DNA from: Rhynchobatus australiae
Lineage: Eukaryota
NCBI GenBank assembly: GCA_034780895.1
Contig: JAUZTB010000127.1
Coordinates: forward strand, 19,114,769-19,178,768
Direction: 5' to 3'
Length of the DNA stretch: 64,000 nucleotides
A model generated the notes under the pieces. The model was not told the DNA's origin and did no database searches. It saw only the letters and a program-made list of their open reading frames with translations. Positions 25,016-39,065 of the stretch are shown piece after piece; the stretch's first letter is position 1; each line of letters opens with the position of its first letter. The position numbers and the translations under genes are program-made.

Positions 25016-26103
25016 CTTCTTAGCAACATTATGCTGTGGTTTACTTTTCTATAAGGAAGATGTAGTTGTTGGTTCACTACATGGTGAATTCCTTTTTCTA
25101 ACAAAGTTAGCTCAGGCTTAGTGGCAGTCAGAGATGAAGCAGTCAATATTGAGAGCAAAGGATAATTGGAGCATGAGGCTTCAGGTGACCACTGAAAGCT
25201 GGCTGCAGAGCAGTGTGGGATGGTCTGTGGGAACTATGTTACAATTTGGCAATCTTGGACAAGGATTAGAGTGAAGTTAAACCCCCAGGAGGTTAAGAAG
25301 ACAAGAATAGTCTAGTGGAGTGTCTTTTTTTTAAAAAAAGGAACACAACTAGTTTATTTTTAAAGGGAATTGTGACTGAAGTTCAATCCCATACCATTGT
25401 CTGGAACTACATTTTACTGTTAATTTCATATTAAGTGTTCCATTAACATGCTTCATTTGTGATCTTTAGCTCTGTTTATAATGAGTAGTCTGTAAAGTAT
25501 GTACTTTCATTTCTTGGGAGTTCTGATATGCAGTGCATAGGCACCAGGGTCTGAAAATTGCACCATTTAAACTTTGCAAGGGTTGCTGAGTTTAGGAATT
25601 GTTCGTTGGGCAGGCTGAGCACACCTGGTAAGAGCACAGCATGCCACTGGAGCAGGTCCAGATTGTGATGCACTGTTAACAACGGTTTTAAAATGAATTG
25701 GGCAAGCTCCCACCTCCTGAGGCAATGGGAAACTTCCAAAATATCTTTCTGGTTGAGAAACAAATACTTTGTGGGATATTATAAAATGGGTGATGAAGAA
25801 TCACATCTTTTCCCATTTTTAATAGAAATATAAGAATGCATGAGAGATGCTAAAATCTTTCAACTATTGGAAGGGTTCATTAACCATGGTAGTATAGAAA
25901 AAGATTTCTCGACTAAGGCATGCTGTGAATCTATTCAAATAGTCAATCCAACATAAAATTTTAATGTCAGTCTTGCTTAAATTTAAACATCTGGATTCTG
26001 AAAATATTTCCTTGTGTACTAACTTATTTGACGTGCAGAGCAGAACATCCCTGTCCACATTAGAGGTGACTTAGGTTGCTTGATTAGTGAGGTGTAAGCA
26101 GAG

Positions 26104-26580
26104 GAATCAGCATCAGGTTTATCATCACTGACAGACGTCATGAAATGTTGTTTTGCAGCAACAGTACGGTGCAAAACATTAAAAATTACTACAAGTTACA
26201 AAAATAAGTAAGTAGTGCAAAAGAGTAATAATGAGGTGGTGTTCATGGCCTGTTCAGAAATCTGATGGCAGAGGGAATAAGCCATTCCTGAAACATTGAG
26301 TGTGGGTCTTTGGGTTCCTGTACCTTTTCCCCGATGGTCGTAATGTGAAGAGGGTATGTCCTGGGTGGTGAGGGTCCTTGATGATGGATGCTGCCTTCTT
26401 GAGGCACCGCCTCTTGAAGATGTCCTCGATGACGGGAAGAGTTGTTCCTGTGATGGAGCTGGCTGAGTCTACAACCCTTTGCAGCCTCTTTTGATCCTGC
26501 ACATTGCAACCTTTATTCCAGGCAGTGATGCAACCAGTCAGAATGCTCTCCACCATACATTGTAGAAATTTGCAAGAATA
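26104..26580 (-). mobile_element. Rex1/Babar-like LINE 3' fragment
   Basis: ORF VESILTGCITAW...KRLQRVVDSASSITGTTLPVIEDIFKRRCLKKAASIIKDPHHPGHTLF...SGKRYR plus tail. Confidence 0.9.
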
Positions 26581-29500
26581 CTGGACCTCAGCAAGTGGTC
26601 AAAGAATCTATTGCGATCACATTTGCTGATGGTTAGACTTTGCTAACATTGTTCATCAATCAACATGTCCAATGTCTGGTTGAGTTCAGTTCAAAATGGC
26701 CATTGAGATTTTGATCCAATGAATAACTAAAATTTAGCTACATGTGCATAAGTAGCTATAAATAACTCAATGGTGGCCAGTGAAGAAGGATCAATTTGTA
26801 GTAAATAACTATATTTGTGAAATTTGAATGTTGATCTGTGAAGAATGCAGATTGCAAAACCCATGATTAAACCTGTACTGATGGGTGTTTTTTTTAATGT
26901 CTATACAACTTCAGTAAGTTAGATAGTTTTTGACAATGCTGCAGTGCTGTTGAGTTATGCGTCCATAAGAATCTGAAGCCAAACTAAATCTAGTTTACTG
27001 AAAGGATACAAATACCCAGCAAAACTTTAATTTGTTCTGCCCTGTTTCTCTCTGCTGCTGTAACTAGATGTAGAAAACTGCACTGGACTATTTTTATTAG
27101 TCATTTATATTCTCTTCTGAAACAGCTCTGGATCAATGGAGATATTTTTCGATCAGGTTGCATGTCCACAGTTACTGACCTTTGGCTTCTGTGGCATCCC
27201 TATAGTGTATCTCAAAGGCCTTTTGTTGGGCTGAGCACTTCCAAGTTTTAAATCAGTATTATGTTTGGTCTTGAAAATGTATTCGTCCTTTCATAAAATG
27301 ACAATAATGTTTGACTTGTTGAATTCCTGGCAACATATTGCAGGCTGGCATGCTTGCTCCTCCAACTAAACAGTTTTTACAGAGCTCATCTGTACCTGGA
27401 AGACTAGCAAGTACATAGAAAAGGGAGGCAGAATGTCTAGCTTCTTGTATTTTATAATGCAGTACTGTCAGTCAGCCTGCTGAGTGTTGAAGTACTTTTT
27501 TTTGTTTAATGTGGTGATAGATTTTAGTTGAATGGCCAAACAAGCTCCTCCATCATATGCATTGGGTAAAGGCACTCCAATGGGGCTTTTATTTTTCAAA
27601 TTGTGATTATTAAGCAGACCCATTCCTATTACTGAGGAAAATTTGAAACTAAATCATATGATTTTGTATTCAAGTCTTTTGCTTCATATGACATGATTTT
27701 TGTTTCAAAAGACCTTTTTGTATGGACACACAATTTCTTTGAGCCGAGTTGAACAGAGCTGAAATAGGAAATGTTAAATCAGATCACTGGCCGAAGAGAG
27801 TTTATGCAGTTCAGCTTAAGATGATGAGTCAGAGTTGAAAGACGTTTCATTTTTTTTCAGTTTCACCTGTCTGCAGGATGTGAAATGTTTTGGCAGTGGC
27901 AGAATTCTGCTTCAGTTCTCCTAGACCATCGCACTTAAAGCAGCTGTACTGGTGATCTCAGTACAGCTGTCTCATTTAACTGCAGCAATGTTGATGCAAA
28001 TACAGTAGTTCAAGGTAGTTTGAGGAAGATTTGATAAAGGGTTATTTTATTCCTTTGTATTGTATAATTTGTTTATCTTTAAGAAACATGAGCCAGCAGC
28101 TATGACTACATCTCGACTGTTCTCGATGGGCCATGGCCAACCAAGAATTTTAATAAGTTTTTGGTGCATGGAATCTTGCCAGGCACACATCTTATTTGTG
28201 AACAGAGATGGCAGAAACTATAAAGGTTAACATTCAAAATGTGGAAGTGTAAATATACTCCCATATTTCAAATTATGATGGTGCAATGCAGTAAATATTA
28301 CTTTTGCCAGACTCCTTAGATCTTCCATGAGAATAATTCTTTGAAATGGCCACTGGTACTCCAGGGTTTCACTTGACCTTCATCTGACTCTTGCATTCCA
28401 TATCTCCAATTTTAATTAACGTGCCTGCTATTGACCAGGCCCTTTTTGAAAATCCCTCTTCAAGTTCTCCACCTAGAACTTCTCTCATAGTCTCTTCTTA
28501 AAACCCATTCTCTGAGCTTTTGGACATCATCATAATAACTCTTTAAATGATGTGATGTCAATGTTTGTCCAATGATGCACCTGTGAAGTGCAATGAGGGC
28601 TTCTACATCATTCAAGGCACTATCTCAATGCCGTTGTAGGTTTTCAGCTTACCATTTCAGGTGTAAAGCTGGCATTAAGGATCTGTCACCTGTTATGAAA
28701 ACTGCTGGATTTTAATTTTCATTGGAAGTGTAAATCAGCTACCATTTAAAATGGAAAGCAGATATGCAATATGGTTTTAGTCCCATGTGTTGAATTGGAA
28801 AATTAATCTACAGCTTTCAAGTGATTTTGACAGAATCACTTCAATTTATTGCCACTATTTTCATTCAGCTTTAAAAGAGGAACAGTTCAAGGATTTGAAC
28901 ATTATGGTTATCAATGATAGGCAGAACACCAATGTGCTCACTGAGACTTTTCCAAAACCAGAAGTGACCCACAAAGTGAAAAAGCTTGTAAGGGGCCCAG
29001 CGCTTCTGTAAGTGAGAAGTGCAGGATATTGGTGGGATGTCACAGGACACAATGTAAAGATCTAGAAAGCAAGAATTGAAATGTGACTGTTTCCATTTTC
29101 TTCTGTTAATTTGTACATAAGAGTAGGAGATAAAACTTGTCTGAATATGTATCTCCATTCATTTGGATCGTGGCTTTATTCCACATCTCTTGTTCCCTCT
29201 GACAGATCATCAGTCACTGTTTTAGGAACTTTGATTAACACAAGTTCTGCAGTTTTCCAGGGTTTCAGATTTCCTCTATTCTGTTTGTGAAATACTTAGC
29301 ATCTGTGCAAGGAGAAACAGAATTAGTAGTTCACAATCTTTCATCAGCACTGGAAAAGGTTTTAAACTTGCCTTTTTTTCTCTTCCCAGTTATCAACCTG
29401 AAGCATTAGGTGTGTTTGTGACTCTATGGTTCCTGAAATGCTCAATGTTTCTAGTATTTTCTGTTTATGGATTTCTAGCATCTGTTGTATTTCAGTTTTG

Positions 29501-32500
29501 GGAGAAAATATTTCCTGATTTCACGCAACACCTGTCTCTGAGATTACAGATTCTGCCACTTGAGGGAGCAGATTCAGGGAAACTATGAAATGATTTTATT
29601 ATTAAATACCTCACTTTAGATCATCTTTCAGTAATCAGAGATGAAAGCTACATATTCCAGTCAAATAAACATGAGAAGGGTTGATTCGATAGGCTGATGC
29701 TCGAGTCTTTGATGTAAAATATATGTTTTAAAAAAAAAATCGACAATGAAGCAAACATATGAAATGGAATAACTGTAATTGTGTCTGTTCTCAGCTCTGA
29801 AATACCTGGCACCCAAGCTTTCGATTCCCTTCCTTTCACTCTGCCTCCTCTCTCCTTTCAACTTTCTCTTTGAAATCTTACCTCTTTGGAAAAAAGCTAT
29901 TAGCCTCCTCTCCTACCATCTATTGATGTGGCTTCCTTTTGTACTTTATTTGACAACACTCCTGAGAAGCAGTTTTGGATATTTTACAAAATTAACAATG
30001 CTATTCAAATGAAGGTTTTTGTTGAAATTATTTGAAACAACAAAAATGTCATTCTGCAGATAGATGTGATTTCCATTACACTTTCATTAAGTGCACAGAG
30101 TCTCTGAAAAATGAAAAGTTAAAATCTCAACAGAACAAGATTTTGGCATTGTTTCAGACTGTTGCCACCCAACTATCAATGCATGACAACAAATAAACTG
30201 CAATAAGCCATGATATAATAAGGGATTTTTGGGTGACTATTGATCATTTACCTTCCTAATGCAACACAGACAAACCAAGGGCAAAAAGTTCATTTGGAAT
30301 CATGAAAGCTCTTCACTTTACACCTGTTGTGCAGTTACTAGTAATGTTCATATTTCTTCCAAAATTATACATCATTCATTAAACATATGGTATTGTCTTC
30401 ATTCACACCATCAAGCAGATCGTTATTTTCCTTTACAACCTTTCCAGTATGTCCATATGCCAGTACCACATCCACCTTTACAGGATATAGTGTGCTTTGT
30501 TACCTCTCAACCCCCACCAATCCAATTATACTGGCTTTAGTGCATACGTGACTTGTCATAATAAAATTATATTTTTTTATGTGCATGTGACATGTCAGGT
30601 CCAGTCCAGCTACTGGTTGTTGTGTCCATGTGACTTCTCATTACTATTGGATCACAGCTTGGTGTGTAACATCCAGTCCAATTATGAGATTTAGGTGCTG
30701 ATGGAAAAGTTTGCAGTCATTTTGTGGTGGGAATGTGAAATAGGCCAAAAACTAAATTGAAAATACATGGAAGTTTCATTATAAACTTTTACCAAAGCAG
30801 AGCAAAACAATCAAGCTGGATAAATGGCAGTGATTCCTGCTGCTGAACCAGCCATAGGCAGTGAGAGAATGTCTGTAATATAATGTGGATCACCCTCTCT
30901 ATGCAGCTGCAATGTTTGGAGATGTATTGTGTCCAAGGACAAGGGAAGGGCAGCTTAGTGAACCTGGAATTCAACTGGAGATTATGTGTCAGAATAGAAA
31001 GATGATTTATGTGTCACCCCATTCACCTATAAACAGCATTTTGAGCATGAAATTTCCAGAATGTGGTTAGACTATGAATCTCACTCCCATAAGGAGCAGT
31101 TGAGATGATTATAATAGATGCACTTGAGGGGCTTGAGATCAGCATGTGAGGGAGAAGCAAACATGTTTAGTTGAAGAGGGATGCCTGTATAGGAATAAGC
31201 ACTGGCCCAGTGGGACCAAATGGCCTGTTCCCATGTGGTGGGCTCTACATAAGACAGCAACTCATTGATGTGGGGACAGACCTGAAGTTCACGTCCATGA
31301 CAGGGACAGCAGTCTTCGGTTGTCAGAGTAACCGCTGCCTTGTACTTTGCTCGAACCATTGCTCAGCTTGCACCACATGATTGCGTCATGCAGGTCAAAG
31401 GTGCCTTGTTTACACATCTTACTCAATCCATCTAATTGTGTGCCAAAAGCACTCGGCAACCCAACTTTGCCCTGAAACGGTGGCTCGTCATGGGGAATGA
31501 ACAAGAGAAAAAGGCAGCAGTAATCAGTGACCCCAGTGAAAAGCCAAATAGAATCCAGGAGAGCTGTCAGAGGACCAGTCAAGCAGCCACTTTACAAAGT
31601 CTGCAAACAATTGCACATTCATTAGTTCCTGAATTCCCTGTAGATTAATTAGAGGCTATCTTACCTTAACATTTACCTCACTTTATCTTGAGGCAATTTA
31701 GACACAAATGTTTCCCCACCCCTGCAGACAAAGAATTACAAAGAGATGGGTGGTAAATAAAAGATGAAGATGCCAATGTGCCTGTCTGGTATGTCTGCTC
31801 GGTTCTTCTCCTTGTCAAAACCTGCAGATGTGGATCAGTGCCCAGAGGAAAGCCCACATAAGTCAGGCAGCATGAAATATCCATACATGTACATCTCTGC
31901 AGCTAAGTCACAGAATACTAATGGTCACTGGCCAGTGTAGTTTCATGGACCAAAGAAATGTTGCTCATTTAATGAAGGTGGAAAAAAACACACGTAACTG
32001 CTACCCACTTTGAGGGCTTTGGAAGTATTTTTGAAGTACCCTCTTTCAAATGGGCACTGAACATGAAGAACACTTACCAGGCACTGAGTCACATTATGAG
32101 GTTTTTCCATAGATTACAGAGAGCCTTAATGAGCCCTCTGCTCAGTATGTGTGTGTAGCCTGCATTCTTGTGCTTTGCGCTGATGTGTACAGTGGATTGA
32201 ATCATCAGTCTTGTAAAATGTGGCAAATATCCCCAATGAGGTTTGAAATATTGGAATATTAAAGTTTGCCCTCTTATCAAAAAATGCAATCTGTTTTCTG
32301 ATATTTTGATGGAATGGCCAATAAAGGCTGGCTTTACCAGTTACACCCACATTCTTAGATGAATAAACAACATTTTAGTATGTCAATTTTCCCCTCAGAC
32401 CTTTCAACTTCACAAACTTTGTTTTGTATATCGTTTATTGATCAATAAAGAACCAGGGTTTTCTCATAAACTTATTCTCTTGCCTTTTGATGTGTATAGC

Positions 32501-33479
32501 ATGTGTTGCACTTACATGTTTTTTTGAAAAAAATCATATGAATTCTAACTTGAGAGTTCCTTCACACTGGCAAATCTTCCATGAGTAATCTCTGCTCAAC
32601 TACGACTTAAAGGGAAAGCTCTGTGAACAAACTATGACTCCTGGCTGACAGTGGGTTAGCTGAGAATGCTGGTTTCTGACAAGTTTATTTTCCTGGATGG
32701 TACTGTAAACAAACACAACTGGTGTAACACAATGCTGTTCGTGCAGCTTTGCAAGGATGTTAATGTTACATTTTTTTAAAAATGTGTGTAACGGGAGACC
32801 AGAGTGGGGGGATGAAGGAGGTTCTTTAGCATTTACAGGATCTGAACTAGTTGATGCTTGCGTTGAATACCTGCAGCATGAAGATATTATTGTTCTTCTG
32901 TCAGCCAAAAAATAATCCTGTTGCTCAGGTTAACTTCAGAAGAGTTTGGGTTTTGTTAATAGCCTGTAAGGAGGAACAAAAAAACAGCAATGTACCCACC
33001 ATCCAGGAAGGAAGTCTTTGTCAGAAACCACCATTCTCAGCTAACCCATTGCCAGGAACCAGTCTCAAGAAGAGTCTTGCTCAAGGACTGCTCTCTGGGA
33101 TACTACAATGTGTAGACCATAGGTGTGCAACTGCAATTTTCCCACACAGTGGGCGGGTTGCTGTTTCACTTGTGTGTTGTGGAGACCAGGCATTTCTTCA
33201 GCCTCAAAGCTGAGGATCAATGGTTCCATCAATTAGCCAGCACCATTTTGCAGGGCCCTCTTTACTTGCTGCTACAGTGTTGGGATAATCCTGCCTTTGT
33301 AGCATTGCTCCATCTTCTGTTGCCAGAGAGAGAGATTAGCATTTTGAGAGGAAGAGCAGTTTGTGACAGTCCAGTTTTCTCATCTCTCACCTGAGCATCC
33401 AAAGTACAGAGAACAACAGAGACCATGGACCAGTTTCGATCAGCAGAGGCTGCTCTATGATTGGTCCTGTTGGTCTTGG

Positions 33480-33860
33480 AATGGACATTCACAATGTGCC
33501 CTTCAGATGCCCCAAAGAACTTTACAACTAATGAAACATTTTCAAAATGTACTCACTGTTGTAATGCTAAATTACAAAAGAGTGTTAATGCAATGACCAA
33601 CGAGTTTAAGAATAAATACTGGGGAGATCCTCCAATTGTCTTTTGAGAAGGGTGTAATGGAATCTTTTATTCCCCCTGGAAAGCTAGAAGAGGCTCTGTT
33701 TATTCCTTCACCTGAAAGGCATTGGCTCTGACAGTTCCATGCTCTATCAGTACCATATGGAGTAACAGTCTAGATCCAGTGTTCATTTCTCAATCCTGGT
33801 CTAGAACCCGCTACATTATCCCTCTGAGACTGGAGTATTGCCTACCAGCCAAGTGGACAA
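33480..33860 (-). mobile_element. Degenerate Deu-domain SINE (SacSINE1/AmnSINE1-like)
   Basis: The reverse complement resembles the recalled Deu domain (...ctgtcagag..gcctttcaggtga...taaacagagcct...aaaagattcca..ac....tc.aaag). Heavily diverged. Confidence 0.55.
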
Positions 33861-33865
33861 GAGAG

Positions 33866-34700
33866 GTTGATGAATGCAGAGCTGGGCTGAGAAGTAGCAA
33901 ATGGAATTCAACCCGGATAAGTGTAAAGTGATATCCTTCAGGAGATTGAATTTGAAGGCAGAATACAAGGATTAATGGCAGGACTCTTAGCAGTGTGGAG
34001 GAACAGAGGGATCTAGGTGTCAACATCCATAGATCCCTCAAGGTTGCCACGCAGGTCGATAGGGTTGTTAAGAAGGCATATGGAGTGTTGGCCTTCGTTT
34101 GTCAGGCTATTGAGTTCAAGAGCCGTGAGGTGACGTTGCAGCTCTATCGAACTCTGGTCAGACCACACTTGGAGTATTGAGTTCAGTTCTGGTTGCCTTA
34201 TTATAGGAAGGATGTGGAAGCTTTAGAGAGGGTGCAAAGGAGATTTACCAGGATGTTGCCTGGATTGGAGAGTATGTCTTATGAGGTTAGGTTGAGTGAG
34301 CTAGGACTTTTCTCTTTGGAGAGAAGGAGGATGAGAGGTGATAGAGGTGTACAAGATGATAAGAGGCATAGATCAAGTGGACAGTCAGAGACTTTTTCCC
34401 AGGGTGACAATGGCTAACACGGGGACATAATTTTAAGGTGATTGGAGGAAGGTATAATAGGGAGTCGGGGGTAAGTTTTTTTTCATACAGAGAGTGGTGG
34501 GTGCATGGAACACACTGCCATTAGAGGTTGTGGGGACAGATACTTTAGGGATATTTTAAGAGACTCTTAGATAGCCCCCCATTTCTCTTTCATCCATGGG
34601 TCTATGTGGGAGGATAGGGTTAGATAGATCATAGAGCAGGATAAAATGTCGGCATAACATTGTGGGCTGAAGGGCCTGTACTGTGCTGTAATGTTCTATG
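33866..34700 (+). mobile_element. CR1 (HER1-like) LINE, 5'-truncated, ORF2 C-terminus and tail
   Basis: EEQRDLGVNIHRSLKVATQVDRVVKKAYGVLAF...LYRTLVRPHLEY* and [24 protein letters not shown]...[14 protein letters not shown], with the canonical tail. Confidence 0.93.
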
Positions 34701-37700
34701 TAGGTGTGAATGAAGCAGCACTGCATGTCAGGGATGCATGTGAATGGAGAGTGAGATGTGTATTTGGAGTAAAAAGCTGCCGAAGCTGATGTGGAAGCAA
34801 ATGGTCTCTGCACTGTATTGTGGGTGTAAGCTTCATAGAGCTCACTACTGATGGAAATTATAGCCATCTGGTCCATGGCTTTGGTGGTTCTTTGCATTGT
34901 GGTTGTTCAGGTGAGATAGAAGAAAATCGGACAGTCATGAGCTTCTCCTTTACTCCTTCAATATGAGCAGGTAAAAATAGGAATTCTCGAAGCTGCTGCA
35001 GTGTGTAATTAGCATATGTTTGTAGGCAGGTCTTTGTTGAATCTGGATCCTTTCCTTTCAACTGGATCTGTTGTGCTTTGAAGAAAATCTGAGGGCTACT
35101 TTTACAGCATTTTGATAGAAGAAAATTCATGCTCGCTGTTGGAAATCCAATTCCTATTAATGTCAACGTGTAATAATACTGGTGGACTAGAGTAGTGTAG
35201 GCCCAGTGGCATATTGTGCAATCTTCTTGAGGGCCTCTCTCCATCCTTCTTTGTCAGTATATCTCCATTTCTCTCCTCTCCTGAAGGTTTTTGGGTTGCC
35301 CGGATTTGCACAAGTCTTAAATGAATCTCGATAGGAAATGCTGTCCTGCCATCCAGCAGCAGAAGTATGAAGCCTGGGCCCTATCTTCATTCCACACAGG
35401 CACCTCCAGCATCTATTAACAAATGGGAAGCAATAAATAAATCCTTTCTCTCCCTAACCAAGAGGCACTGACAGCAGCTTTCACATCTTTCCCATAGCTC
35501 TGACTGTCTAGCACACTGGGTACATAACAGACATCCAGTGTGGAACCTTCCTCATCTGTCCAACAAAGTTAGCAGCTTGGTCAACCTTCTCAAACACCTG
35601 AGGTATTTGAGTTGCAGTAGTAAAGTATTAATCCATTCTGAAACCCATTGAGCCATCTCTCATCTACCCTGTAAGTTTTCCTCCAGGCGACACATGCACA
35701 GACTTTTGAAGAAAGCATATTTGAGTTTGAAAGAAAAGTAGAGCTAAAAGCTCTATAAACAAATTCCCATGTTGAATGTAAACTAAACTATTGCATTAAA
35801 AATAGATAAATGATCAAATATAGAAACCGAGAGAATTCCTAATGTTTGCAGCAATTTTTGCCACGCTGAAAGTTATAAATGAAGCAGAATTTACCATTAT
35901 CTCAAAATAATGCAGATAATTTTGAACTGTCTCTAGGGAGTGCTGTGGAAATTCCCATTTGATAGGCTTATTATTCCAGCTGCAGCTTCTAAATTCCATA
36001 TCCATCAGGGAATTTATATATTCAATTTATATGCAATTATTTAGTGATCAATTGTGTTATGGGGGAGCAGGTTAAAACGATTTTATGATTATTTTGACTG
36101 GTCTGCTTGATATCAGATGGTGGATGCTCAGTAACAATTTGTGGGGGTAAAAAAAACAAGTCAATGAATTGCAGTAAGATTTCAAGAGGTAGGATTTATT
36201 AGAAGAAGCTGCAAAATTTTCAATTTAAGAACATGCACTCTCATAGTAATACCTGTATTTAAACAATGGGCTTGTCAGGCTAGGCTTCTCTTGGTTCTAT
36301 GTAAACCAGTACACCCTGCTCCAAGCTGGCAACAATTTCCAAGCCCCGTGCCTCCTTTTCTGGGTCAGCCTGGGCAAGCAGGGTGCATGTGTACCCATCA
36401 GTACTGCCAACCAGACCAGTCAAAGGGCAGGCAAAGCCCATTAAGAGCCGATGACCATCCAGACCTGGAGAGTGCCACCATGTCATTCTGGCCACAGAAT
36501 TGCCTAGGAGGAAAAGCACCTCCACCAACTCCACAGTGAGACAGCAAAGGAGCTGATGAATGACACCAGCCAAGCACAGCATGGGGTGGAGGAGGATTGC
36601 TTCAGCACCTAAGGTCACATCAGCTGTGGGACTGACTTGAGAGGTGCAACTTCCCATTGATCACCTCACCTTGTTCCCAGAGGGCTCTGCTGACACTCTG
36701 AGCCTTGATAGACATTATTCTGTCAAAATACCCTTTCCACTTGTGGTTATGCAGTTTAGTTGGAGAACTAAGTCTGATTCTATCCTGGGCTGACATCCTC
36801 ACCTTAATTTTGGAGCGGAGAGGGAGTTGGTTGGAAGGCAGTCATGGATTGATGCACTTTCCATTAAAGGGAGCAAGATAGAGCAGTAACCCTTGCTAAC
36901 TTCAACCCTTGGTCCCCAACTCCTGAACTGTGGGACATTAATATTGCTCAACCAGCACTCACCAGCAAACTGCTGTGAAACTTGTGCATTTTGAGTGGCG
37001 TAGATAAGGAGCAAAATTTGGAGATGGAATGAGTCATGTGCTGCACAGATGGAAGAATCCCAGGAGAACATTTCACTGCCTGCCTGTGGATTTGCTCAGC
37101 CCTGGGGAAAGAACATTGGCAGAGGGTATGTGGCTGACTACATGTGTTACATTAACAGCATTTAGATTGACTTAAAATAGAAGTCTTGATATTGTATTAG
37201 TAATGAGACATGCCATTATTTGAACAGTTTGTTACTGCACTTGTACACCAAGTGGAGGATGCCAAACAATTCTGGCTGATGCTCAATTATAATTGTGTCA
37301 ATTTGCTTTGAAAATGAACTGTGCCTATTCATTTCCCAAAGAATCTGCCCAGAGCTACTTACAATTTGAAAATGCCTTCCAAATCTGTTCTTTGTTAGGA
37401 TGTGTTTTATGATGTATGAAATTTCAATATTGTACATGGATAACCTGTAGAGAAGATGAGAAAATCTGCTGTTTTCTAGTATGGAATGCTGCCTTCCTAT
37501 GTTTTCAGTGTCTCTCTCCAGGCTGGATGGGCTCCAAGCAGGAGTTCTCGGTGTCTATATTATTGTGATTGGGTGCAAGGTGCTCCAGTGTCTGTACGCT
37601 TGGCTGTTCTCCTGTGATTCGTGGGCTTTAATGTGGATTCTCCTTGCCTGCTGCTCACCACATTTGTAGCCTGGGCCTCACACAGAGCAGCTCTTGGTGC

Positions 37701-37861
37701 CAGCATTTTCTCCAGCTGTAGTTTCATGCTGCAACACTTGTTAAAGTATCAAGTCCAGTGCGTAGCAACTCGCTCCTGACTAGCCTTGACTATGAAACAA
37801 CCAAAGGCCTTAAACCCCATTACTAACCCACAATGAGAAAAATAGATGTGTCCATGTTGCT

Positions 37862-37965
37862 GTTCGTTAGTGTTAGTGTGTGTTTGTGTTTGCCTTAGTG
37901 AGTGTCGGTGTTTGTTTGTGTATATATTTGTGTTAGCGTTTGCGTCAGTGTGTGTTAGTGCATTT
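37862..37965. repeat. Degenerate GT-rich low-complexity tract
   Basis: Repeated gttagtgt/gtgtgttt units. Confidence 0.7.
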
Positions 37966-38514
37966 TGGGGTTAATTCCATAGTTTTAGCTATTGCACAGC
38001 CATGTACAAAACATCTGATCTCCTTGGCATCTGTGAACTTTGTCCTTCCCTAACTTTTCTCATGATCCGTCCATTGTCTTGTGTTCCAGAGTCTCCCACG
38101 TGAGTTTCCCGCAATAGCGCCACTCAGCGATTCCCTTTATATTACCACCCGACTTTCAGAGGCTGCATTTAATTGCCATTCCATGAGCATTTCTTTCTAT
38201 AACTTATCCCGGATCAAGACCTGCTGTGTGCTTTCAAAGGAATAGTTGCATGGCATGAGTGAAAGTTCCACTGTAAATTGAAAAGCAGCCCCAGTTGGAT
38301 CATGCTGTGCCTGATGTGAATAAATGAGGGGTTGAAAGATGAAAGATATGGTGAGAGTTACTCTCACTGGGCACTGATCTTATAGGCCAATTTTCTCTGA
38401 TTTATGACAAATTATGTTCAAACACATTTTCATATAACTGGGAAATCATGTGGAATCCTGTGCTTCATAAACGGGCACAGAATGGAAAATCAGGACTTAA
38501 TGTTGAATTTTCAT

Positions 38515-39065
38515 AAAATACAGGTTTAGCCATAGCTGGAGTTCTGTGAATAATTCTGGTGACCTGACTTTAGGGAGGATTTAGAAAAGGTTTCCTGGAA
38601 TGGTTCCAGGGATGAGGAATTTCAATTATAAGTTTAGACAGGATAGGTTGGAGTTGTTCTCCTTGGAGCTAAGAAAGTTTAAATCCTGGTTGGTTTAGAC
38701 AAAATAACTGTAGGGAAACTGTTCCCATTGGTGAATGGTTTGAGGAGCTGGGAGCATAGATTTAAAGCTTTGAGGAGAATATACAAAGGAACCTGAGGGA
38801 AAACTTTTTTATGCAGAGGGTAGTTAGAATCTGAAATTCACATCTTTTGAAAGCAGTGGGAATAGAATCAATCAGTGCCTTCAAGATGGAATTGGATTGT
38901 GAAAATATTCCTTAAAATTAGGTGACCAGATTTGGGAGAGCATAGTTTGCAGGATGATGGGGGAAAGAGTGGGACAGTGAGTCTGAGGGGGTTGTTCTTC
39001 TACAAGTTGCATAGACTTGATGGGCCAAATGGCCACCTTCCGTACTGTGGTGATTCTGTATTTCT
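38515..39065 (+). mobile_element. Old CR1 LINE 3' fragment
   Basis: Residual gttagcc..agctggagt.ctgtg...ttctggt, ggagttgttctccttggagc, aacttttttatgcagagggtagttag and tail tgatgggccaaatggcc. Confidence 0.7.

Noticed and set aside
29555-29570. CTCF-like motifs (ccacttgagggagca; also ~38113-38130)
   Set aside because: Mismatches at core positions; cannot be supported without PWM or ChIP data.
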